Origin: Thermoplasmata archaeon
GTDB lineage: Archaea > Thermoplasmatota > SW-10-69-26 > JACQPN01 > JAJPHT01
Length of the DNA: 64,000 bases
Direction of reading: 5' to 3'
Assembly: GCA_034667685.1 (NCBI GenBank)
Contig: JAXDQU010000124.1
Location: forward strand, 1 to 64,000
Within the stretch, counting starts at the first letter, position 1, and each line of letters opens with the position of its first letter. Positions 45,851-55,216 of this stretch are shown piece after piece. A model generated the notes under the pieces. The model was not told the DNA's origin, did not search any database, and saw nothing but the letters and a program-made list of their open reading frames with translations. A program made the position numbers and the translations under genes.

Positions 45851-47815
45851 TCAGCGGCGGACGTGGAGGCGGCCCGAGAGCGCGACCTTGGCCTGGGGCG
45901 TCGCGTCGAGCGCGGCGTCGAGGACCTCGGCGAGGTCGTGGCACGCGACGATCTCCAGGGTGGCCAGGCCGGGCTCGTCGGCGAGGAGCGAGGCCAGCGC
46001 GGCGGCGGGGACGATGGCGCGCCGGTAGCCGAGCGCGGCGGCGGCCTCCAGGCGCTGGAGCGTCGCGCGCACCGGGCGCAGCGCGCCGCTCACCGCGACC
46101 TCGCCCACCAGCACGACGTCCTGCCGGACCGGGAGCGACTCCAGCGCCGAGACCGCGGCGACGGCGGCGGCCATGCCGATCCCCTCCGCCTCGGCGTGCG
46201 GGTGGGCGATGCGGGCGTCGACGTGGATGTCGTGGTCCGCGATCGCGTCGCCCTTGAGGATCTTCAGGACGGCCCCGACGTTCTCGACGCCGTGGCCGTG
46301 CGCGCCCTTGAGGCCGGGGCCCAGCACGATGGCGCCGCCGTGGCGCGAGAGCGCCGGGACGACGGCCGCCTCGACGGGCGCGACGAGGCCGGCGGGCTCG
46401 CCCACCTCGCCGGTGCCCACGATGGCGACGCCGATCGCGCTTCCCACCTCGGCGCCCGCGCGCACCGCGAACCCTTCGCGGGCCAGCGAGCCCTCGACGT
46501 CCTTCTCCATGATCTGCTGCTCCAGCGAGCGCGAGGCGCGCTTGGCGGAGCGCACGTGCTCGACCGTCACGAGGGTCGCGCCCGCGGCGCTCGCGAAGTC
46601 GCCGGCCGTGCGCACGAGGCCGCCCAGCTCGCGCAGGCGCAGCGTGAGCTTGCCGGTGCGGCCGCTGCGGCGCTGGGCCTCGCGGATCACCTCGCCCACG
46701 GCGTCGGCGTCGAAGTGCGGGATGCGCCCGTCGCGCGCGACCTCCTGGGCCACGAACTGCACGAGCTTCGCGCGGTTCGCGTCGGTGTCGTCCATGAGCG
46801 CGTTGACGTGGATCTCGTAGCCGTAGCCGCGGATGCGCGAGCGCAGCGCGGGGTGCATGCCGCCCGCGCCGTTCTGCTCGGGGGGCGCGACGGCGTCGAG
46901 GTTGCCGGCCGCCACGAGGATGAAGTCGCAGGGCACGGGCTCGGTGCGGATCATCGCGCCGCTGCTGCTCTGCGACTGGCCCACGATCGCATACTGGCGG
47001 TCCTGCATCGCGGTGAGGAGCGCCTGCTGCGAGGGCAGGCGGAGCACGTTGATCTCGTCGATGAAGAGCACGCCCTTGTGCGCGCGGTGGATCGCGCCCT
47101 CCTCCACGCGCGCGTGGGGCGGCGTCTCCAGGCCGCCGCTCTGGAAGGGGTCGTGGCGCACGTCGCCCAGGAGCGCGCCCGCGTGCGAGCCCGTGGCGTC
47201 CACGTAGGGCGCCTTCTCGGGCCGCGCCGCGTGCTCGGCGAGGAGCTTCGGGACGAGGAGCTCCTTCTTGGGCGCCTTCTGGCCCATGAAGTAGACGAAC
47301 ATGAGGCCGATCAGGACGCTGAAGAGGAACGAGAGCACGCCCTGGGCCAGCGCGAGCCACATCACCAGGCCGAAGAGGATCGTGCCCGCCGCGATGCCGT
47401 ACTCGACGGCGCGGTAGAGCAGGACCTTCCTCGTCGCCTTGCGCTCGTACTTCTCCAGGATGCGGCGCCCCAGGCCCCCTTCCACCTGCGCGACCTTCGG
47501 CATGTTGGGGTTCTTCGCGTTGTGGTGGACGAGGACGTCCTTCTGCGCCTCGGCGGGAAGCAGCTCCGCCATCGCCTTCGCGATCATCGACTTGCCCGTG
47601 CCGGGGTCGCCGATGAGCAGGATGTTGCGCTTCTGCTCCGCCGCCCTGCGCACGATCTCGACGGCGTGATCCTGTCCAATGACCTGCTCGATGAGGCGGT
47701 CCGGGATGGCCACGTCCGCCGTCGTGGCGAATCCCTGGCGGCGGGCCCACTGGCGCGGGTCGGCTTCGAGCGGGGCGTTCACGGGGATGCGGCGGGTCTG
47801 GGTCTCTTCGGTCAT
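45851..47815 (-). CDS. LonB-like AAA+ protein with degenerate protease domain
   Basis: GDPGTGKS, two-TM insert, GALLGDVRHDPFQSGG, LFIDE, MHPALRSRIRGYG; catalytic Ser and Lys motifs altered. Confidence 0.9.
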   Translation of the reverse strand: MTEETQTRRIPVNAPLEADPRQWARRQGFATTADVAIPDRLIEQVIGQDHAVEIVRRAAEQKRNILLIGDPGTGKSMIAKAMAELLPAEAQKDVLVHHNAKNPNMPKVAQVEGGLGRRILEKYERKATRKVLLYRAVEYGIAAGTILFGLVMWLALAQGVLSFLFSVLIGLMFVYFMGQKAPKKELLVPKLLAEHAARPEKAPYVDATGSHAGALLGDVRHDPFQSGGLETPPHARVEEGAIHRAHKGVLFIDEINVLRLPSQQALLTAMQDRQYAIVGQSQSSSGAMIRTEPVPCDFILVAAGNLDAVAPPEQNGAGGMHPALRSRIRGYGYEIHVNALMDDTDANRAKLVQFVAQEVARDGRIPHFDADAVGEVIREAQRRSGRTGKLTLRLRELGGLVRTAGDFASAAGATLVTVEHVRSAKRASRSLEQQIMEKDVEGSLAREGFAVRAGAEVGSAIGVAIVGTGEVGEPAGLVAPVEAAVVPALSRHGGAIVLGPGLKGAHGHGVENVGAVLKILKGDAIADHDIHVDARIAHPHAEAEGIGMAAAVAAVSALESLPVRQDVVLVGEVAVSGALRPVRATLQRLEAAAALGYRRAIVPAAALASLLADEPGLATLEIVACHDLAEVLDAALDATPQAKVALSGRLHVRR

Positions 47816-49437
47816 TCGTCGCGGACCTCCACGGTCTGCTGGCGCCGGGCCATGGCGACGCGGGCCATGGCGGTGCCGGCGAGGACGCCGGCGGGGATGC
47901 CGACGAGGACGGGGATGCCGCCGGGGGCGGCGGCGGGAACGGGGGGAGCCTGCGCGGCCAGGGGGACCACGGGCGGCGCGAACCCGTGCTCGCGGACCTC
48001 GGCGAAGCGGACGAAGCCGTAGTCGCCGTAGGCCAGCAGCTCGCGCGGGGCGCCGCCGGCGGGATCGCGCCGGACGACGAGGCTGTCGTGCAGGTCGTCG
48101 TAGACGTCCTCGCCCAGGCCCGTGGCGGTGGGGCTCACGTCCACGCGGCGCACCTGGCCCAGAGCGAGGTCGAGGCTCGCCCGGACGCCCTCGGGACCCA
48201 GCGCGACGAGCGTCTTGGCGATGCCGGGCTGGGCGTCGGTCGCGCGGCGCGTCTCGAAGACGAGGTGCAGGCTCCCCGAGCCAGGCGCGTAGGCCGCGGC
48301 CGTCGCGCGCGCCTCCAGGAGCGCGCCTTGGGAGCCCAGCCCGGGCGGCTGGACGTCGGGACCCACGTCGCGGGGCGCGCTCCAGGCGGAGCCGTTGCGC
48401 GCGCGGAACGACACGACGAGGCTCGGGTGACCGTCCTGCACGCCGGCGGCCCACGCCGCGTAACGGCCGGGTCCGTCCAGGGGCGCGAGGCCCACCTGGC
48501 CCAGGTCCGGCAGAGGGAGCGCGCCCAGGTCCGAGGCCCGCGACGTGCGCGGGTCGAGCGACACGAGCCGCGATCCGCAGGCGAAGACGAGGCTCGCCCC
48601 CTCGGCGAAGGGCCGCGAGAGCGAGGCGCACCCCTGCGGCGTGAGGTTCGCGTCGAGCGGCGTCCACGCGCCGGACGTCCCGTTCGCCCACGCGCCGGCG
48701 AGGGTGACGCGCCGCGGGGCGTCCTCCTGGCGCCAGAGCGCGACGAGGGCGTCCGCGTCGGGGACGTAGGTCAGATGCAGGCTGTCCGCGCGCGAATCGG
48801 CGGGGAGCGGCAGCACCGTGAGGCCGTTGAAGTAGTCCATCCCGGCCGCGGGCTTCCCCTCGCGCCAGAGGGCGACCGTGTAACGGTAGGGCGTCGAGGC
48901 CGTGGCGCCCGCGTCGCGCGACGCGTAGAGGGCCGCCAGCGCGACGCGGCCCTGGCCGTCGAGCGCCATCGCGTTGTCCTCGCCGTACGCCTCGCGCGCC
49001 TGGCCCGCCCGCACCGGGACGCCGGGCAGCGTGGAGGCGGGCAGGATGGCCGTGGGCGGATCGTACGGGTAGTCATGCCACGTCGAGCCGCCGTCGCGGG
49101 TCACGAAGGTCGTGTGCGGCTGGTGGACCGAGGCGTCGCGGCTCCGGGGCGACGGGGGCTGGCCGCTCGGGAGCGGATGCAGCCCCGCGCCGCCGTGCAT
49201 GGCGCTGAACGCGAGGACCGACGGATCGCGCGCGTCGGCCACGAGGTCAGGCTGCCCGAACAGGTCTTCCTGGTCGAGCACGTAGAGGGGGCAGGTCGGC
49301 GGCTGCGCGGGCGAGGCCGCGACGACCGGTGGGCAGGCCAGCTCGAAGCCGGCGCCGCCCGGGGCCGCGTGGACGACCGGGACCGCGAGCAGGACCAGGA
49401 GAAGGGGGGCGACCCAGCGGACGGACTCGGACGCCAC
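47812..49437 (-). CDS. Secreted Asp-box-containing protein with C-terminal TM anchor
   Basis: GAGGTG before the GTG; signal peptide; FVTRDGGSTW; ATGA overlap with the Lon-like gene. Confidence 0.8.
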   Translation of the reverse strand: MASESVRWVAPLLLVLLAVPVVHAAPGGAGFELACPPVVAASPAQPPTCPLYVLDQEDLFGQPDLVADARDPSVLAFSAMHGGAGLHPLPSGQPPSPRSRDASVHQPHTTFVTRDGGSTWHDYPYDPPTAILPASTLPGVPVRAGQAREAYGEDNAMALDGQGRVALAALYASRDAGATASTPYRYTVALWREGKPAAGMDYFNGLTVLPLPADSRADSLHLTYVPDADALVALWRQEDAPRRVTLAGAWANGTSGAWTPLDANLTPQGCASLSRPFAEGASLVFACGSRLVSLDPRTSRASDLGALPLPDLGQVGLAPLDGPGRYAAWAAGVQDGHPSLVVSFRARNGSAWSAPRDVGPDVQPPGLGSQGALLEARATAAAYAPGSGSLHLVFETRRATDAQPGIAKTLVALGPEGVRASLDLALGQVRRVDVSPTATGLGEDVYDDLHDSLVVRRDPAGGAPRELLAYGDYGFVRFAEVREHGFAPPVVPLAAQAPPVPAAAPGGIPVLVGIPAGVLAGTAMARVAMARRQQTVEVRDE

Positions 49438-49570
49438 GTGGCCACCTCGCACGAGGCCGCTATGCCTGCCCGCTTTCAAGGTTGTTGGTGCGCGCCTTGC
49501 CCAAGCCGTCGAGGCGTCCCACCCGAAAGGCCGGGCGAAGGATCATGGCCTGCGCGCCGCTTCCCCGCGC

Positions 49571-49690
49571 GTGCCCCGCCGCAAGTACGGCCACCTGGTC
49601 ACGACGATGGGCAAGAAGCACAAGGACACGCGCCCCGTCCCGGGCTGCCCCAAGTGCGCGCGCGGGTCGTGCGCCACGCACATGGGATGA
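49571..49690 (+). CDS. Basic CxxC-x4-CxxH microprotein (39 aa)
   Basis: MPRRKYGHLVTTMGKKHKDTRPVPGCPKCARGSCATHMG; absent from the ORF track; alternative ATG at 49607. Confidence 0.6.
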   Translation: MPRRKYGHLVTTMGKKHKDTRPVPGCPKCARGSCATHMG

Positions 49691-49726
49691 GGCAACGCTC
49701 AAGCGGCGCCCCTTCGTCCGTGGCGC

Positions 49727-50266
49727 GTGACTTTCCTCGCCCCGCCGGATGGCCCCGGCGTCGTCTACGAGTTCTTCGCCCCGTTCGCGCACGTCGAGGG
49801 GAAGTACGAGTGGTGCCGCATCCGGAGCCCCACGCACGGCGTCTTCGACGTGCTGATCCTCCTGGGTGCGAGCACGTCGGTGGCTGCGACGGTCTACGTG
49901 GGGTCGGAGGCCGGCGTCCGCTACATGGCGGAGCGTTACCCGGAGTGCCGGACGTTCCGCGGCGAGGTCTCGCTGGTGGAGCGCGAGGGGGGCCTGGCGC
50001 TGGAGGGGCGGCTCGCGGCGGCCGAGGGTCCGCTGCGCGCGGCGCGCATGGCGCTCGTGGCGCCCCCGCAGGTGCCGCAGCAGGTCCCGTACGGCGGGGC
50101 CGGGCAGCCGGTGTGGGGCTCGAAGCGCTTCACATGCTGGGGCGTCGACCTCGTGCTGCGCGGGCACGCGTCGGGCACCCTCGCGTGGGCGGAGGGGCGC
50201 GAGGAACGCATCGACGCGCCCGCCATCGTCACGATGGGGAGCTTCGGACGGATCGCCCCGCTCTGA
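49727..50266 (+). CDS. Hypothetical protein (beta-rich)
   Basis: Typical codon use and globular composition. Confidence 0.65.
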   Translation: MTFLAPPDGPGVVYEFFAPFAHVEGKYEWCRIRSPTHGVFDVLILLGASTSVAATVYVGSEAGVRYMAERYPECRTFRGEVSLVEREGGLALEGRLAAAEGPLRAARMALVAPPQVPQQVPYGGAGQPVWGSKRFTCWGVDLVLRGHASGTLAWAEGREERIDAPAIVTMGSFGRIAPL

Positions 50267-50269
50267 GGC

Positions 50270-51565
50270 TCATCGCGTGACGGTCAGCCGCCGTCTCCGG
50301 TAGAGCCACGCGCCCACGAGGAAGAAGAGCGCGCTGAGGACCACGAGCATCGTCAGCGGCACGGCCTCTTCGCCCAGCCCCTTGCCGTAGAGCAGCACGT
50401 CGCGCAGCGCGCGGTTGGCGTGCGTGGGCGGAAGGATATCATAGGGCTGGACGACGTAGCCGCCGACCTTGAGCAGCGGCACGGCGGGGATCGGGAAGAA
50501 CGAGCCCGAGAGGAAGCCCGCGGGGACGCTGAAGAGGATGCCGTAGTTGGCGGCCTCCTGCGACTTGGTCGCGAAGCTCGCGATGACGAGGCCGACGCCC
50601 ACGACGCAGAGCGCCGTCAGGAGCACGATGAGGATGCCGGCCGGGAGCGAGCCGACGTTGTGGTAGCCCATCAGGCGCGCGACGGCGAACATGAGCAGGA
50701 CCTCCATCGCGGCGATGACGAGCTGCGCGAGCGAGACGCCGCCGAGCAGCTCGGCCGTGCGGACGCGCGTGATCTTGATCCGCTCCAGCGTGCCCTTCTC
50801 CATCTCCTGCGTGAGGATGGCGGCGCACTGCGGCGCGATGTTGAGCATGCTGTACACCATGAGGCCGGGCACGATGAAGTCGAAGGGCTCCAGCCTGCTC
50901 GACAGGATCGATTCGGTGGTCGTCCCGACGCTCGGGCCGGTCGCGGGCGCAAGGCGCTGCGCGTAGTCGTGGACGACGCCCTGCACGATGCCGCCCGCGA
51001 CGGTGAACGACGCGTACGAGGGGTCGCCCACGAGGCGGATCGTCGCGTTGGGCGCGGGGTCGGGCGCCAGGAGGACGAGGCCGAGGCGCGCGCCCTGCGC
51101 CTGGAACGCCATCGCGCCGAGGCTCTGGGAAAAATTCTCGGGCAGCACGATCATGGCGACGGCGTCGCGCGAGCGCACGAGCCCCGCGCCCGCGTCCTCG
51201 TCCGCGGCGCGGACCACCTCCAGGAGCGGCTTGCCGTCCGCGTAGGTGAGGTTGGCGAGGATGCCGGTGAGGTTGGCGCCGAAGCGCGCGTCGTCGCCGA
51301 AGGCCGCGGCGAGGCCCGCGCGCACGCCCGCGGTGGCGGCGGGCGCCGGCTGCGTGCCGTTGCCCAGCTCGAACGAGGCGAGCGTCGCGCCGCGGTCGTG
51401 GTCCACGACGGCGACCTTGTACGTCTCCTCGGAGCTTCCGCCGCCGAACGCGAAGCCGAAGATCAGCACGAAGAGCATCGGCAGGCCCAGCGTGAGGAAC
51501 ATGTTGCGCCGGTTGCGGAAGAACTCGCGCAGCGTCTTGCGCGCCACGCTGAGGACCTTACTCAC
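50270..51565 (-). CDS. ABC-2 type permease
   Basis: N-terminal TM, extracellular domain, DFIVPG, EMEKGTLERI, FLSGSFFP. Confidence 0.92.
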   Translation of the reverse strand: MSKVLSVARKTLREFFRNRRNMFLTLGLPMLFVLIFGFAFGGGSSEETYKVAVVDHDRGATLASFELGNGTQPAPAATAGVRAGLAAAFGDDARFGANLTGILANLTYADGKPLLEVVRAADEDAGAGLVRSRDAVAMIVLPENFSQSLGAMAFQAQGARLGLVLLAPDPAPNATIRLVGDPSYASFTVAGGIVQGVVHDYAQRLAPATGPSVGTTTESILSSRLEPFDFIVPGLMVYSMLNIAPQCAAILTQEMEKGTLERIKITRVRTAELLGGVSLAQLVIAAMEVLLMFAVARLMGYHNVGSLPAGILIVLLTALCVVGVGLVIASFATKSQEAANYGILFSVPAGFLSGSFFPIPAVPLLKVGGYVVQPYDILPPTHANRALRDVLLYGKGLGEEAVPLTMLVVLSALFFLVGAWLYRRRRLTVTR

Positions 51566-52487
51566 GCAATCCCCTCCCGGTCAGGGTAACAAAGACGTCT
51601 TCGAGCGAGTTGCCCCGGTAACGCAGGTCGTCGATGGGCGCGGCGGCCGCCTCCGCCTCGCGGAAGATGGCGGGGAGGCGCGCGGTGAGGTCGAGCCCGC
51701 GCACGGTGACGGTCGCCTCGCGCTGCGCGACGGTGGCGCCCGGCATGGCCGCGAGCCGCCGCGCCAGGGCCTCGGCGTTGGCGCGCACCGTCAGCTCCAG
51801 CGCGTCGCCCGCGCCCACGCGGCGCTTGAGGTTGGCCGGCGTGTCGAGCGCGATGAGCTTGCCGTGGTCGATGATCGCCACGCGGTCGACCAGGCGCTCC
51901 GCCTCGTCCATGTTGTGCGTGGTGAAGATGATGGTCTTCTCGCGCCGGAGCCCGTCGATGAACTCGCGCAGCACGACGCGCGCCTGCGGGTCGAGCCCCG
52001 CCTCCGGCTCGTCGAGCACGACGACCTTGGGATCGTGCACGAGCGCCATCGCGACGTTGAGCCGGCGCTTCATGCCGCCCGAGAGCGCCGCCGCGCGCGC
52101 GTCCGCCTTCTCGTCGAGCGAGAGCATGCGGAGCAGCTCCTGGCCGCGCTCGCGCGCCTTCGCGGCGGGCATGCCGTACATCTCGCCGAGGAACGCGAGG
52201 TTCTCCAGCGCGGTCAGGTTCTCCCAGAGGACGACCTCCTGGGGGCAGACGCCCACGAGCCCCTTCGCGCGGCCGCCGCCGGGCTCGACGCGCTCGCCGA
52301 GGATCTCGACCTCGCCCGCGGTGGGCGGGAGCAGGCCCGTCATCATGCGGATGCTGGTGGTCTTGCCGGCGCCGTTGGGACCCAGGAAGCCGAACACCTC
52401 GCCCTCGGCGATCTCCAGCGAGAGCCCGTCGACGGCGCGGAGCGTCCCGAAGTCCTTGACGAGGTCGCGCGCGACGAGGGCGGGCAC
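51558..52487 (-). CDS. ABC transporter ATP-binding protein (DrrA-like)
   Basis: GPNGAGKTT, LSGGMKRR, LDEP, TTH, LEDVFVTLTG. Confidence 0.95.
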   Translation of the reverse strand: MPALVARDLVKDFGTLRAVDGLSLEIAEGEVFGFLGPNGAGKTTSIRMMTGLLPPTAGEVEILGERVEPGGGRAKGLVGVCPQEVVLWENLTALENLAFLGEMYGMPAAKARERGQELLRMLSLDEKADARAAALSGGMKRRLNVAMALVHDPKVVVLDEPEAGLDPQARVVLREFIDGLRREKTIIFTTHNMDEAERLVDRVAIIDHGKLIALDTPANLKRRVGAGDALELTVRANAEALARRLAAMPGATVAQREATVTVRGLDLTARLPAIFREAEAAAAPIDDLRYRGNSLEDVFVTLTGRGLRE

Positions 52488-52577
52488 GCGCCGCGCATGC
52501 CCGCGGGGCGGCTTGAATGGAAAGGGATCTCGGCGCCGCAAAGCAGCTTTATGCCGCGAGGCGGCGTGGGCCGCGTC

Positions 52578-53885
52578 ATGGCGGTCCGGCCCGCGCGGGC
52601 GCTCCTTCTCGCGGCGCTCGTCGGGCTCGCCGGATCGGCCGCAGGCTGCGCGAAGCTCACCGGCCTCCAGGAGACGCCCACGCAGAGCGGCTTCCGCATC
52701 GTGGGCGCGCGCCTGGCGGGGAACGACTCGGCGGCGCACCTCGTCCTCGACTACGCGAGCGGCGTCTCCTCGCTCGTCGTCAGCGTCACCTCGCCCTCCG
52801 GGACGGTCCTGGGCACGCAGGCCGCGGCGCGCTCGCCGGCGAACATCCCCCTTCCTCCGCTCGCGTCGTACTACGACGGCCGCGGCCCGCTCACGCTCCG
52901 GATCGTCGCGAGCGACGGGAAGGGGGCGCGCCTCGCGTCCGAGGATTACGCGTTCTACGCGCCCCGCCTCGCGATGCCGGGCGCCGCGCGCGCCGTGGGC
53001 GAGCAGGGAGCCGGCCTTGCCGTCGCGTTGCGCAACACGGGCGATGCTCCCGCCGTGCCCGCCGGCGCGACGCTCCGCGTGGATGGTGACGCCTACGTCG
53101 CGCGCGTGCGCAACGGCACCGTCTACCCCGATCCGCAGCAGACCACGACGATCCTCCTCGACGTGCCCGGCCTGGGCCTCGCGCCCGGCCCGCACGTCGT
53201 GGAGGCGGAGGTCGATTTCGCCAACGCGCCTCCGCTCGTGGTCAACGCCACCGGGGCCGCGGGGATCCTCGTCGACGCGGCGCCCCTGGGCTGGGACGAG
53301 GCGGGGCTCACGGGACTGCGGCTCACCCTCGCGGGCCGCGGCAGCCTGCCCGTCGCGGTGGAGAACGTCACGCTCGCGTTCCAGAACGAGTCCACGACGC
53401 AGCCGCTCCACGCGCTCGTGAGCGCCGCCGCGCCGGCAAGGCTCGACGTCGCGCGTCCCGCCGGCACCGCGCTGCGCCCCGCCAACGGCCACGACGCGCT
53501 CGACCTGCGCCTCGCGGACGCGCAGAACGCCACGCTCGCCGAGCGCAATCTCACGTTCTGGTCCGGCGCGCCCGCGCTCAATCTGACCGGCGCGACGTTC
53601 CGCTGCGAGCCGTCGCCCGGCCCCTGCACGCTCGCCTCCGCCACGCTCCGCTTCGACCAGACGAACGACTCGACGCGCTACGTGGGCGCCTACCGCCTCT
53701 CGCTCGGAGGCGTGAACGCGACGCTCGCGCCGCCGCTCAGCCTGCACCAGGGCCCGGTCGTGGACGACCTCGCGCTCGCCGTGGGCCCGCTGCGCCGCGG
53801 CCTCGCCAACCTCAGCGTCTCCGCGCTGGGCCTCGACGGATCGACGATCGCCTCGACGCGCGCCCGCGTCGACGTCAGCGGGTGA
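52578..53885 (+). CDS. Lipoprotein with beta-rich, possibly Ig-like domains
   Basis: Lipobox AAGC; many NxT/S sequons; CTTTATG box upstream. Confidence 0.75.
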   Translation: MAVRPARALLLAALVGLAGSAAGCAKLTGLQETPTQSGFRIVGARLAGNDSAAHLVLDYASGVSSLVVSVTSPSGTVLGTQAAARSPANIPLPPLASYYDGRGPLTLRIVASDGKGARLASEDYAFYAPRLAMPGAARAVGEQGAGLAVALRNTGDAPAVPAGATLRVDGDAYVARVRNGTVYPDPQQTTTILLDVPGLGLAPGPHVVEAEVDFANAPPLVVNATGAAGILVDAAPLGWDEAGLTGLRLTLAGRGSLPVAVENVTLAFQNESTTQPLHALVSAAAPARLDVARPAGTALRPANGHDALDLRLADAQNATLAERNLTFWSGAPALNLTGATFRCEPSPGPCTLASATLRFDQTNDSTRYVGAYRLSLGGVNATLAPPLSLHQGPVVDDLALAVGPLRRGLANLSVSALGLDGSTIASTRARVDVSG

Positions 53886-53891
53886 ACGCGC

Positions 53892-54758
53892 ATGCGATCC
53901 GCCGCGCGCAACGCGCTGGCCGCCCTGCTTCTCGTCGCGGCGGTGGGCGCGCTCGTGGTGCTCGTGGTGGGCCTCCAGGCGCCCGACACCGGCGGAGGCG
54001 GCCAGGAGGGCTCGCAGGTCACGCTGCCCACGCCGAGCTTCCCGACGCCCACGCCCTGCAACGCGACGACGCCTTCGCCTTCGCCCTCGCCCGCGTCGGC
54101 CGCCCTCGCCCTTCCGATCGGCGTCGTCCCGCGTCGGAAGGCGCGCTGGCTGCTCGCGCCGCTCGGCCTCGCCGCGCTGGGCGGCTGCGCCTCGTCGGGC
54201 TGCAACCCGCCCACCGGCACGCCGCCCTCGGTCACGTTCCCCAACTCCGGCTCGCCCGGCACCGGCGGCGGGACTGGCGGCGGCAACGGCCCGGGGAACG
54301 GCGCGGGCACGGGCAGCGGCTCCGCGCCCGACCCGATTACGCTCCCCACGGGCCTGCTCTGGATCCTGCTCGCGGTCGTCCTCGCGCTCGCCGTCGTGGC
54401 CGCCGTCGTCCTGCTATCACGCCGCCGCGCCAAGGCCGCGCTCGCCGTCCCGCCGCCGCCCTCCGCGCCCGCGCTCGCCGAGGCCGAGGCCGCGCTTGCC
54501 CTCGCGGAGCCGGGCCCGCCGCACGACGTCATCGCCGCGTACGTCGAGGCGCTCCGGGCGCTCGCGGGCGCGGGCGTCGTGCGCGCCGGCTGGGAGACGC
54601 CGCGCGAGCTGGCGGCGCGCGCGCCCGAGGCCGCGCAGGAGCCCCTGCGCCAGCTCACGCGCATGTACGAGGGCGTGCGCCACGGCGGCCACGCGCCGGG
54701 CGAGGAGGGCGTCGCGCGCGCCCGCGCCCACGCGCAGGAGGTGCGGCAGCGCCTATGA
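53892..54758 (+). CDS. DUF4129 domain membrane protein
   Basis: C-terminal VIAAY...ETPRE...LTRMYE.VRHG. Confidence 0.8.
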   Translation: MRSAARNALAALLLVAAVGALVVLVVGLQAPDTGGGGQEGSQVTLPTPSFPTPTPCNATTPSPSPSPASAALALPIGVVPRRKARWLLAPLGLAALGGCASSGCNPPTGTPPSVTFPNSGSPGTGGGTGGGNGPGNGAGTGSGSAPDPITLPTGLLWILLAVVLALAVVAAVVLLSRRRAKAALAVPPPPSAPALAEAEAALALAEPGPPHDVIAAYVEALRALAGAGVVRAGWETPRELAARAPEAAQEPLRQLTRMYEGVRHGGHAPGEEGVARARAHAQEVRQRL

Positions 54759-55216
54759 CCCACGCGCTCTCCGTCACGCTGGGCGTCGTCGCGGGGCTCG
54801 CCGCGGGCGCGCTCGCGATCCGCTTCGTCGCCAAGGCGCCCGTCGTGCGCCCGCTCCCCCCGCCGCCGCGCGCCCAGGCGCCGCGCCCCGGCCCCGCCGC
54901 GGCGATGGTGCAATATTCCACGGGCGCCAAGGCGCTCGCGGCGCGTCTCGAGCCCAGCGCGCGCGATCTTGTCGCCGCGTGGCTGCGCGAGGGCCACCGC
55001 GCGGACGCGCTGCCCGCCTCGCTCCGGCACCTCATGGCCGGCGGATCGGCGGACGAGTGGGCGCGCGCGAAGCGCCAGGCCGCCTGGCGCGGGCCCGACT
55101 TCCTCTTTCCCGCCTGGAGCTTCCTCGCCGAGCGGCTGGAGCGCGACGACGCGCGCGCCGCGCGTTGGCTCGACGAGATGACCCGGGACCTGATCGCCAC
55201 GGTGGAGCACCCATGA
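54755..55216 (+). CDS. Membrane-anchored hypothetical protein
   Basis: ATGA overlaps at both ends; N-terminal TM. Confidence 0.7.
   Translation: MTHALSVTLGVVAGLAAGALAIRFVAKAPVVRPLPPPPRAQAPRPGPAAAMVQYSTGAKALAARLEPSARDLVAAWLREGHRADALPASLRHLMAGGSADEWARAKRQAAWRGPDFLFPAWSFLAERLERDDARAARWLDEMTRDLIATVEHP

Noticed and set aside
45851-47815. Lon as a pseudogene
   Set aside because: Frame is intact, ATPase motifs are conserved and the gene is coupled to its neighbours; only the protease residues differ
41453-48022. 2189-aa plus-strand ORF
   Set aside because: Antisense shadow of the FG-GAP and Lon-like genes; stop-poor because of high GC; no motifs
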